The translations under genes and the position numbers were made by a program. Positions 24,557-42,013 of a stretch of DNA of 64,000 nucleotides are shown here, piece after piece (the first letter of the stretch is position 1; each line of letters starts with the position of its first letter). The stretch spans positions 16,864,001-16,928,000 of the forward strand of contig CATNEN010000039.1 in the NCBI GenBank assembly GCA_950097015.1, written 5' to 3'. The DNA is from Macrostomum hystrix (taxonomy: Eukaryota > Animalia > Platyhelminthes). The notes below the pieces were generated by a model that was given only the letters and a program-made list of their open reading frames with translations, was not told the origin of the DNA and made no database searches.

Positions 24557-25725
24557 TTCAGATCTACTTCAGTTTCCCTTCAGATATACTTCAGTTTCTC
24601 TTCAGATCTACTTCAGTTTCCCTTCAGATCTACTTCAGTTTCTCTTCAGATCTACTTCAGTTTCTCTTCAGATCTACTTCAGTTTCCCTTCAGATCTACT
24701 TCAGTTTCTGTTCAGATCTACTTCAGTTTCTCTTCAGATCTACTTCAGTTTCTCTTCAGATCTACTTCAGCTTCTCATTAGATCTACTTCAGTTTCTCTT
24801 CAGATCTACTTCAGTTTCTCTTCAGATCTACTTCAGTTTCTCTTCAGATCTACTTCAGTTTCCCTTCAGATCTACTTCAGTTTCTCTTCAGATCTACTTC
24901 AGCTTCTCATTAGATCTACTTCAGTTTCTCTTCAGATCTACTTCAGTTTCCCTTCAGATCTACTTCAGTTTCTCTTCAGATCTACTTCAGTTTCTCTTCA
25001 GATCTACTTCAGTTTCCCTTCAGATCTACTTCAGTTTCTGTTCAGATCTACTTCAGTTTCTCTTCAGATCTACTTCAGTTTCTCTTCAGATCTACTTCAG
25101 CTTCTCATTAGATCTACTTCAGTTTCTCTTCAGATCTACTTCAGTTTCTCTTCAGATCTACTTCAGTTTCTCTTCAGATCTACTTCAGTTTCCCATCAGA
25201 TCTACTTCAGTTTCTCTTCAGATCTACTTCAGTTTCCCTTCAGATCTACTTCAGTTTCTCTTCAGATCTACTTCAGTTTCCCATCAGATCTACTTCAGCT
25301 TCTCATTAGATCTACTTCAGTTTCTCTTCAGATCTACTTCAGTTTCTCTTCAGATCTACTTCAGTTTCTCTTCAGATCTACTTCAGTTTCCCTTCAGATC
25401 TACTTCAGTTTCTCTTCAGATCTACTTCAGTTTCCCATCAGATCTACTTCAGTTTCTCTTCAGATCTACTTCAGTTTCCCTTCAGATCTACTTCAGTTTC
25501 TCTTCAGATCTACTTCAGTTTCCCATCAGATCTACTTCAGTTTCTCTTCAGATCTACTTCAGTTTCTCTTCAGATCTACTTCAGTTTCTCTTCAGATCTA
25601 CTTCAGTTTCCCTTCAGATCTACTTCAGTTTCCCTTCAGATCTACTTCAGTTTCCCTTCAGATCTACTTCAGTTTCCCTTCAGATCTACTTCAGTTTCCC
25701 TTCAGATCTACTTCAGTTTCTCTTC
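24557..25725. repeat. 22-bp minisatellite
   Basis: cagatctacttcagtttctctt, ~53 copies. Confidence 0.95.
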
Positions 25726-25921
25726 ACCGTGCAGTGCAGGGCTTTACAAAAATGTTGTAGCAATTTTTTAGGACAAGGCATTTTCATTTTTTTTCTTTCT
25801 TCTTAAAGCAAACCGCAGTCAATGAAGACACGTTCTTGAAGTCGATTGCTCGCCAGAATATTCGCACGCGTGTTAAAACTTTTGGACGATTCGCATCGCA
25901 ATGCCGTTCCGGTTTGCAGAT

Positions 25922-32180
<6,259 letters not shown>

Positions 32181-33031
32181 TGCAAAATGAGTGTCTGTGA
32201 TTTTACGGGCAATTGGGTAGTTTTATTTCTATAAAAACGAGACGTTTCACGAGTTAGTTATACATTTAATTTAAACGGGACTCCATGCTTTGTTTATTTA
32301 AAACTTCAGACAAATTACGAAACAAGTATAACAACATTTAATTAAAAAAACTCGGGGTTTTCATGAATTCTTAATAGAAGGTTGTGTAAAAAGGTAAAAT
32401 ACTAAAAACATTATTTAATTTAATCTACAACAACAAGAAGAAAATTATCTGACGAGAAGGTATTACACACGACAGAAAAAATACAATAATTTGAATATTT
32501 ATTTCATTGATAAATATGCTTTTAGGGATAAAGAAAAGGCATGATTTATACATTTTTAATAAAGATATTTTTCTGGTGTGACATTCGTAGTTAAATTTTA
32601 TGACAACTATTGACTTCAAATGACATTTTATCAAAAAGTAAAAATGATGCATGCAATTTTTTCCTTTGTTTATTTGCACGTGCTGTTTTTTACTATAGAA
32701 AATATGAACAGACAGCAGAGAGAAAAACGAAGAGTGACATAATTTAATAAATTAATCTGAACATTAATTTACATTTAGAGAAATGAGTATTATTTTTTAA
32801 GAGACGTTTGAAACTTCTGAATCGAGTTGTGAAAAATAACAAACATTTTTGGTTTGTGGTTTTTGGTTTTCGTGGTTTTCTATATTTATACTTTTATATA
32901 ATGATTATCAAGCAACAATAAGTTTATTCCTTAATTAAAAAACATATTTAATATTAGTCTCCTTTGCTAAAAGAAATTGTTTTTATGTAGTTCAATTGTT
33001 TTTATTAAAATTTTCTTCTGACGATGAAATG

Positions 33032-36000
33032 TCACGAACGTTGTTGCTGCTGCTGCTGTTGCTGCAGCTGCCTAGGCGAGAAGATAATCCGATGCGTCCC
33101 AGGAGCATGGACAATGCCCTCGCTGCCAATCTTGATTGATTCAAGATCGCGCACGCAGTCCGGATGCAGCCTCACATTGTGGCGCTGAAGGATGCCGGCC
33201 AAGAACAGGAACAGCTCCTGACGAGCCAGGCTCTCGCCAAGGCAGGCGCGGCGGCCGACCCCGAACGGTACCAGGTGCTCGTTCGGCTGATATTCGCCTG
33301 TTTCGGCAGCCAGGAATCGATCAGGCTGGAACAGCTCCGGATTGGACCAGAGCTCGGGGTCGTGATGTACACCGTACAGGTTCACCATGATTAGGTCCTC
33401 CTTGGAGATGTCGTAGCCCTGGATGTGGATGTGATGGATTAACACTGCGTGTATTCGAGCATATGGGGGTGGGTGGCAGAGCGGTTAACGCAATTGCCTC
33501 TGGCACCAAGGTCCCTGAGTTCGATTCCACGGCGAGGCCACATTAATTTGGGGCGCAGCCGCGTAGAGAAGTCTTTGGGGCTTGTCGTGTAATTTTTCGC
33601 CCTTGAGGGTCAACCTCCAAGGCACAGTGAGAGTGTGCACTGCCTGACGATGAGAAAGACAGGGCAGATGTACACACCTGTGTGAGAGAATGCCTGCTTA
33701 CAGTATCTGTGTGCGTGTGTGCTCAGGAGTCAGCGAAATGGTCAGAATTGCCTCCTCGCTGGCTGCGGGTCTAGTATTACTAAATGATGTGCCATTGCTC
33801 GCAGCCCTCCTGCAATTATTATTTTTATTGTTATCATTATTATGCGAGTATATGGAACACGAGACAGAGACTCAAAGTCGGTTTTAGAGCACAGTACCTA
33901 TCCTTAAACCCTTATATGTTAACTGTTTGCTACAGTAGACGATAAACCTTTCTCCTGCTCCATGACCCTTTGTTAATTGCGAGCGCTTTTGACGGAGTCC
34001 GTCGTCTGCACCTTTGTCTTAATTAGTTGGTTTTTCTCTTGTCTCGTTTTCTTGCTATTCTTATGTCTTTCTGCCTGCTTTCCTTATTCAGTATTTGATC
34101 TCTTTTCTCTCGCCGCATTCTGATTGGCTAGAATTTTATTATTTTAAGCTTCATTTCTTTCTTACCCTAAATAGCACACCCCTCTACTCTTATCTTATCG
34201 CATCGCCAACTCCGCGCAATTTGGTCACTCTCTCCTCTCAGCGCCTCCTGATTGGTCGGTCAATAGCCTCACTCTCTTATCCCTTGCGGACCACCCCTAA
34301 TATCTTATCGCACCGTTAACTCCAGCAGTTTTTTTATTTCACCTACAAGTGTTTTAAGGACAATCAAGATAAATATAATATATATTACTATTAAATAGTT
34401 TATAAAACTTTCTTGGAAAACTTTTGACTGTCCTCACCATGAAGTTGACATCGCGAGTGCATCTGTGAATAACAGCGAACGGCGCCAGAGTGGCAAAGCG
34501 TTGCACTTCGTCAATAAAGGCCAAAGTGAAGGGCATGAGTTTGCGATCGCGGTGCTCAGGCAGTCGGTCTGGTCCGATTTGGGCGTCGATTTCGGCCTGA
34601 ACTCTCGCCTGACAGTCGGGATAGAGGCTGGCGTACAGCAGCGCCCAGCGGATGGTGTTGGAGGTGGTGTCCGTGCCAGCCACGAACAGCTCTGTGAGGG
34701 TGCGCTTCAGTTGAAAGTCGTCGAAGGTGTGATCCTGCAGCGGAGTGGTGAGGTTTCGCTGGTGCAATAATGCTCAGTTTTGCTAACGTGAACTACTACT
34801 TCTTAACGCAATCTTCAATTCTAACATATCATTTATCTTACACTTTATTTAACTTACATCGTCCCACTGTCCCTTTATTTACACCTTCTCGCCGTTCATT
34901 CTCACCGTCACGCCGTTCATTCTAACCCTCTCGCCATTCACTCTTACACTATCGCCGCTCAGTCTCCATCCCAGAATTCGTCACCTTCTTCTTTCCCTCC
35001 AGTCGCTCCTGCTCCATCAAGAAGGCGTCCAAGAAGTCGTTCGGCGTGCTGACGCCGGCCAGCTGGGCCCTGTGCGCGTCAATGTGAGTCTGGCAGAATC
35101 CGTGAGTCACATCCATGCTCCTCTGTATCAGGTAGACGTCCACACCCAGGAGTTCTAGTAGGCGCATCGCGCCGGGAATTTCGTAGAGCATCGGAAACCC
35201 CACGGGGATAAATCTGGCTAGATCCCCGCCTTGCAGGTTCTCCTGGGTGGCCTCCAGGAAGGCCTCAAACCTGTCGTCCTGTGTGCCGGCCCGGTAGCCG
35301 AACAGCTGGACGCTGATGACGTTGGCGATGGCGCGGCAGATGAGGTCGCCAGTTTCCAAGCCCTCCTGGCCAGCCGAGTCGAAGCGATCGCGGAGCTCCT
35401 GCAGCTCCAGGTGGATGGAAGCTTCGGTGCCGGAGCGGGCGAAGCCAAAATCGCGCAACACCTGCATAGAGATGGTTGCAGTAATAATATTGGCTGGAGG
35501 ACTGTGGGCTCTGCCAGTCTCACTGTGCCTTAGAGGTTGGCCCTCGAGGGCGTAAATTGCACGACAAGCCCCCAGCCTTCTCTTAGCAGCTGCGCTACAA
35601 ATTAATGTGGCCTCGCTGCGGAATCGAGCTCAGGACCTTGTTGCGAGAGGCAGACACGTTAGACAGCTCTGCCACTCACCACCATGATAGAGTGATGGAT
35701 TCTCCTTCAATTAAAGTCTCATCCTTACCATACATGTATTTTAATCCTGTTATACAATCTTAAGTATGTTAATCCTGTTATCCAATCCTAAATCTGTTAA
35801 TCCTTTTATCCAATCCTAAATCTGTTAATCCTGCTATCCAATCCTAAATCTTTCAATCCTGTTATCCAATCCTAAATCTGTTAATCCTGTTATCCAATCC
35901 TAAATATGTTAATCCTGTTATCCAATCCTAAATCTGTTAATCCTTTTATCCAATCCTAAATCTGTTAATCCTGTTATCTAATCCTAAATCTGTTAATCCT

Positions 36001-37250
36001 TTTATCCAATCCTAAATCTGTTAATCCTGTTATCTAATCCTAAATCTGTTAATCCTTTTATCCAATCCTAAATCTGTTAATCCTGTTATCCAATCCTAAA
36101 TCTGTTAATCCTTTTATCCAATCCTAAATCTGTTAATCCTTTTATTTAATCCTAAATCTGTTATTCCTATTATCCAATCCTAAATCTGTTAATCCTGTTA
36201 TCCAATCTTAAAACTGTTAATCCTTTTATCCAATCCTAAATCTGTAAAATCCTGTTATCCAATCCTAAATCTGTTAATCCTGTTATCTAATCCTAAATCT
36301 GTTAATCCTTTTATCCAATCCTAAATCTGTTAATCCTGTTATCCAATCCTAAATCTGTTAATCCTTTTATCCAATCCTAAATCTGTTAATCCTTTTATTT
36401 AATCCTAAATCTGTTATTCCTATTATCCAATCCTAAATCTGTTAATCCTGTTATCCAATCTTAAAACTGTTAATCCTGTTATCCAATCCTAAATCTGTAA
36501 AATCCTGTTATCCAATCCTAAATCTGTTAATCCTATTATCGATTCCTAAATATGTTAATCCTGTTATCCAATCCTAAATCTGTTAATCCTTTATTCCAAT
36601 CTTATATCTGTTAATCCTATTATCCAATCAAATCTGTTAATCCTGTTATCCAATCCTAAATCTGTTAATCCTGTTATCCAATCCTAAATCTGTTAATCCT
36701 TTTATCCAATCCTAAATCTGTTAATCCTTTTATTTAATCCTAAATCTGTTAATCCTATTATCCAATCCTAAATCTGTTAATCCTTGTTAAATCTGTTAAT
36801 TTTAGAGGTGCTCACCTTGAGCGCAAATCGCCGATGCTCCCGCCACAACTCGCCCTCGGAGGACACAATGCCCTTGCCCTGGGTGATGCTGTGCAGATAC
36901 TTGGAACTAATTCGACCGCTAAATACTTCGCCAAACTCTTGTGACGCCAGAGCTTCTTTGATGGCCAGGTAGCTGTTGAGCACGATGAAGCGTCGCGAGC
37001 CGAGTTTGTAACTAACCAGATGGCCGTATTGTCTGCGCCATTGACTGTGCGCAACAAGAAAGGTGGGTCGAGGCAGGTTAATTAGGTTGCCTAGCAACGG
37101 CCAACCGGTGGGACCAGGCGGCGGTCGACGTCCTGGACGAAGGCGTCGATAGATTAGCCAGGCGGCGACGGTGGCAGCGGCGGCAACGGACACGACTATT
37201 CTCGGCGACGTGGAAGTCGACTGCGACGCTTTGAGAATGAGAGCCTGCAT
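33032..37250 (-). CDS. Cytochrome P450, CYP2 clan, 4 exons: 37250-36816, 35461-34985, 34734-34438, 33418-33032; ~531 aa
   Basis: N-terminal TM plus PPPGPTGWPLLGN, WREHRRF (WxxxR), FVAGTDTTS (I-helix), EVQR (ExxR), PDRF and heme motif PFGVGRRACLGE. Three phase-0 GT-AG introns. Confidence 0.95.
33465..33842 (+). mobile_element. SINE family A in CYP intron 3
   Basis: Full head and body; TSD-like cgagYatatgg on both flanks. Confidence 0.9.
35500..35685 (-). mobile_element. SINE family A, 5' half, in CYP intron 1
   Basis: Reverse complement of the family A head and first body segment. Confidence 0.85.
35742..36800. repeat. 28-bp minisatellite in CYP intron 1
   Basis: aatcctaaatctgttaatcctgttatcc units. 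Confidence 0.95.
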
Positions 37251-37641
37251 GTTTGTCTGAAAAAGAACTAAAAATTTACTTTCCACTGGGCCTTAACTAT
37301 TGCCCACAGTCAATCGTACCAACTGTCTTTTATCTTGGCAAAGAGAGAAAGAGAACAGAGAAATTCACATTTGCTCTACGCTTTTCAGCTCTTTCCCGAG
37401 AATTACTCAGCTGAAGATTACACATTATACACACTAAATGGCACGACTATTGTGCACTCAATTCTTGTGAAGCTTCTTAAGGCCAGGAACTTGCTAGACT
37501 TGACACGGCAGGGTAGCAGGAGGAGGGTTTTGTAAGAGGTTTAGCTGGCGGAGGTTTAGCTGGCGGAGGTTCTCTGTCAAAATATTCCAATTTAAATTCA
37601 ATTCAATTCAATTCTAAATTATTCCTTTAATTGCTCAACAT

Positions 37642-38087
37642 TAGCTGGAGGAGGGTAGCTGGAGGAGGATAGCTGGAGGAGGGTAGCTGGAGTAGGTTAA
37701 CTGTAGGAGGGTAGCTGGAGGAGGTTTAGCTGGAGGAGGTTTAGCTGGAGGAGGGTAGCTGGAGGAGGGTAGCTGGAGGAGGGTAGCTGGAGGAGGATAG
37801 CTGGAGGAGGGTAGCTGGAGGAGGTTAAGCTGGAGGAGGGTAGCTGGAGGAGGGTAGCTGGAGGAGGGTAGCTGGAGGAGGGTAGCTGAAGGACGGTAGC
37901 TGGAGGAGGGTAGCTGGTGGAGGGTAGCTGGAGGAGGGTAGCTGGAGGAGGGTAGCTGGAGGAGGTTTAGATGGAGGAGGGTAGCTGGTGGAGGGTAGCT
38001 GGAGGAGGGTAGCTGGAGGAGGGTAGCTGGAGGAGGGTAGCTGGAGGAGGGTAGCTGGAGGAGAGTAGCTGAAGGACGGTAGCTGGA
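37642..38087. repeat. 14-bp G-rich minisatellite
   Basis: gagggtagctggag units. Confidence 0.95.
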
Positions 38088-38395
38088 ATAGTGTAAGAAA
38101 TTATATTTTCTCCAATTATTAGTTTCCGGTCGAGCGCACTTATTTTATACTTTAGATTTAAAATAGACGCATTTGTTATTACTGTTGTGTTTTTATCAAA
38201 AGACAGTGTTAAGCTTCGAAGTACGATAATTATTAAACAGGGGCTGACCTAAAATAAAATTCTAGATAATAAAATATTAAAAAGAGTTCGCATAGACAGT
38301 GGCTTGTACAGTCGCTACGGGCAGAATAAAAGAATAAAATTCTGTTGTGCAGGTTCCGTAACAAAGACTAAAATTTCATAACAAGGTCATAAACA

Positions 38396-38892
38396 GGTTT
38401 GGAAACCTAATCGGTATGGAAACCTAATCGGTTTGGAAACCTAATCGGTATGGAAACCTAATCGGTTTGGATACCTAATCGGTTTGGATACCTAGTCGGT
38501 TTGGAAACCTAATCGGTTTGGAAACCTAATCGGTTTGGAAACCTAATCGGTTTGGATACCTAATCGGTTTGAAAACCTAATCGGTTTGGAAACCTAATCG
38601 GTTTGGAAACCTAATCGGTTTGGATACCTAATCGGTTTGGAAACCTAATCGGTTTGGATACCTAATCGGTTTGGATACCTAATCGGTTTGGATACCTAAT
38701 CGGTTTGGATACCTAATCGGTTTGGATACCTAATCGGTTTGGATACCTAATCGGTTTGGATACCTAATCGGTTTGGATACCTAATCGGTTTGGATACCTA
38801 ATCGGTTTGGATACCTAATCGGTTTGGATACCTAATCGGTTTGGATACCTAATCGGTTTGGAAACCTAATCGGTTTGGAAACCTAATCGGTT
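38396..38892. repeat. 17-bp minisatellite
   Basis: ggtttgga(t/a)acctaatc units. Confidence 0.95.
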
Positions 38893-39114
38893 GATTTATG
38901 GAATTACCGAATTGGGTTTACCGAAATTTAAATTCAGGAGGTTTGATTTAAAAAGAAGCATATTTCAATTATTTAAATTAAAAATCTTAGAAATCTTAGT
39001 GGAATGAAGTGGAATTACATGTAGTAATTAGAGATAGTCTAGGCCCTACAACAGTCGTAAAGTTCTAAACAATGACTCTGGTTTGCTTTTAGTAGCACGA
39101 ACAAAGAAGCATCA

Positions 39115-40639
39115 TTAATTATCTTCCTCATCGGGCAACTTGCTGAAACCGAATGACAGATCTCCGTCGCACGAGGCAGACAATTGGTGAGGCTGCTCTG
39201 CCAGACCGAGGTGCTGCTGCTGCTGATGCTGCTGGCGCGGTGGCTTCGCAGCTGCGACTGTCACACCGTCCAGACTAAATTTGTACTTGGTGCCACGAGG
39301 CCCCGGCAGAACCCAGATCCGAGCCTTCCGCGAAGCAAGATCGAAGTCCAAGGTGGAGCCCATGTCGCTGAAATCGTCCTGAATAATAATAATAATTGCA
39401 GGAGGGCTGCGGGCAATGGCACATCATTTAGTGACACTAGACCCGCAGCCAGCGAGGAGGCAATTCTGCCCATTCCGCTGACTCCTGAGCACACACTCAC
39501 ACAGGTGTGTACATCTGCCCTGACTTTCTCATCGACAGGCAGTGTACACTCTCACAGTGCCTTGGAGGTTGGCCCTCAAGGGCGTAAATTGCAAGACAAG
39601 CCCCCAAGCTTTCTCTTTGCGGCTGCGCCACAATTTAATGTGACCTTTCCGCGGAATCGAGCTCAGGGACCTTGGTGCGAGAGGCACTTACCCGCTGAAA
39701 TCGTCCTCATTGAATGGGGGATTTAGAGTCTATTGTCTGACACAAAGCCACCATTAAAACCTAAAAATGTTTAGTAACATTAACAAAACAATTTTTTGAC
39801 ATTACCGTCGTGTCCAGAAGCTGATCGTTGCACCAAACTTCCAGCGTGTCCTTGCCTGTATAAATTCGAAGGAGGGTAGCTGGAGGTGGATGATAACAGA
39901 GGGCAGCTGGAGGTGGATGATAACAGAGGGCAGCTGGAGGTGGATGATAACAGAGGGCAGCTGGAGGTGGATGATAACAGAGGGTAGCTGGAGGTGGATG
40001 ATAACAGAGGGCAGCTGGAGGTGGATGATAACAGAGGGCAGCTGGAGGTGGATGATAACAGAGGGCAGCTGGAGGTGGATGATAACAGAGGGCAGCTGGA
40101 GGTGGAGGATAACAGAGGGCAGCTGGAGGTGGATGATAACAGAGGGCAGCTGGAGGTGGATGATAACAGAGGGCAGCTGGAGGTGGATGATAACAGAGGG
40201 CAGCTGGAGGTGGATGATAACAGAGGGCAGCTGGAGGTGGATGATAACAGAGGGCAGCTGGAGGTGGATGATAACAGAGGGCAGCTTGAGGTGGGCAGTT
40301 ATAATATTTTAACATGATGCATCGCAGGAAATTCTGATTAAGACGCGCTAGGTTCACAGCATTTGATAGTGGTTGAGAAAGTCCATCTGAGTCGTGTGAG
40401 CTCGAAAAAGGTAAATAACAGCGTGAGCAACAACTTTGAGATTTCGGCTCACTCAGCGCCACACTGTAGTGCGTGCCGTCGAAGCGCACATTCCACACAG
40501 CCGTCTCATCCGTTGGCAGGTAAGAGTCCGCTGGCGCGGCAGTCCTCGGTCGGGCCACCTTCTTCGGCTTCTGCTGCTTGGCTGGCTGTTGGCGCAGTTT
40601 TGCTGCCGCCGACTTGCCCGAAGTCAGAATGATTGACAT
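39115..40639 (-). CDS. FAIM-like (Fas apoptotic inhibitory molecule, C-terminal domain), 3 exons: 40639-40453, 39855-39806, 39378-39115; ~166 aa
   Basis: Spliced product TAVWNVRFDGTHYSVALSKDTLEVWCNDQLLDTTDDFSDMGSTLDF matches the FAIM1 pattern (W..DG..IVL.KD.MDVWCNG..ET.GEFVDDGT). Junctions are in frame; the start codon is tentative. Confidence 0.75.
39381..39692 (-). mobile_element. SINE family A with 15-bp TSD at the FAIM exon-3 acceptor
   Basis: cgctgaaatcgtcct occurs at 39366-39380 and 39693-39707. Confidence 0.95.
39870..40295. repeat. 27-bp minisatellite in FAIM intron 1
   Basis: ggaggtggatgataacagagggcagct units. Confidence 0.95.
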
Positions 40640-41506
40640 GCTAGCAGAGGAAGCTGTTTTTGCTCAACCGAACCGGAGACAGTCAGGGCTCAACTGGCAA
40701 TGTCCACCCGCCTTTATTGTGAGTTTTTTGTCAAGACCAACGGGGATGGCTGATCCGGTCGATCCGGCCTTCCTAACCCGCAGGACAGGGAGATCGGAGC
40801 TTCGGGGATTGAGTCATTGTTTCTGGTTGCTTTCCCCCCGTAACCACTTTTCTATCCCACTCTCCCTCCCTACTCTATCCTCATATAAAATTCTCCATTT
40901 TTACCTGACTCCGTACTCGCCTAGTTTATCCACTCTTTCCAGTCTTGTCGCTATGGCGAAAGAAACAAAGATGTGACCCAGACGAATAGGCTAGGAAGAG
41001 AGAAGCAGAAAATTTCGTGTCAGTGCTCAGCTCAGTGTTCATTCAGCCGGCTTTAATGCTCGAGTAAGTCATCCAGTGAATTGCTAGACAAGCCTCCAAG
41101 CCCACAAGTGAATGCGGCCTCGCCGCGGATTCGAGCTCAGGGACCTTGGTCGAATGTCGCCACTCATCTCCCGTGATGCTTCAGCGCCTCGTTCATTCGT
41201 GTTAAACAATGAAAAACCGGCAGATAAATGTTTTTTTCTACGAACGAAATTTATTTTGAATTCATGTTTAGTTTGTGACTAAGCAAAAAATTAAAAACCA
41301 ACAAATAGGCTGATTGGCGTTGCTTTCGAACAATAGCTCCTGGTGCCAGCCAAGGTGAAAATAAATCTTGGAAGCATGACTTTTCAGTTTATTTTTTTTC
41401 TTTTTTACGTAATAAATTGTAACAACGTGCATATGCGTATAGCACTACTACCGTAATGTTGTAAGTAGTAGCAGTGCAAATTTTCCGGACATTTTTTATC
41501 TAGTAT

Positions 41507-41773
41507 GGGGTGAGCTAATTTTGGGCGCAGCCACTAAGAGCAGGCTTGCCGTGCAATTTTTCGCCCTTGAGGGCCAACATCCAAGGCACATTGAAATGTA
41601 CACTGCCTGACGATGAGAAAGTCAGGATAGATGTACACACTTGTGTCTGTGTGCGTGTGTGCTCAGGAGTCAGCGAAATGAGCACGAGATGGGTGACACT
41701 CGCTGGCTGCGGGTCTAGTGTCACCAAATGATGTGCCGTTGCCTACAACCCTCCTGTAATTGTTATTTTTATT
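41507..41773 (+). mobile_element. SINE family A, 5'-truncated (a further head fragment at ~41093-41170 and a body fragment at ~8343-8415)
   Basis: Body similarity to the other copies. Confidence 0.85.
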
Positions 41774-42013
41774 ATGTGCAGTACCATTTCATTAAATAAT
41801 GTGGGTATGACGAAAATCGGAGTAGATACGTCGACTGAGTGAGCTTTCTGCACTTTTTATGACAGCTTATGTTAATGTCAAGTCTGACACTTTAATCAAT
41901 CATGTGACCATAGCTTGTATGATATATTACCGTATGAATACACTGTGCAGTGTTTCTTCTTTTAAAACGTTTGTAAACCATCTGTAGATTGTTGTTTTTA
42001 TTTAGATTGGATT

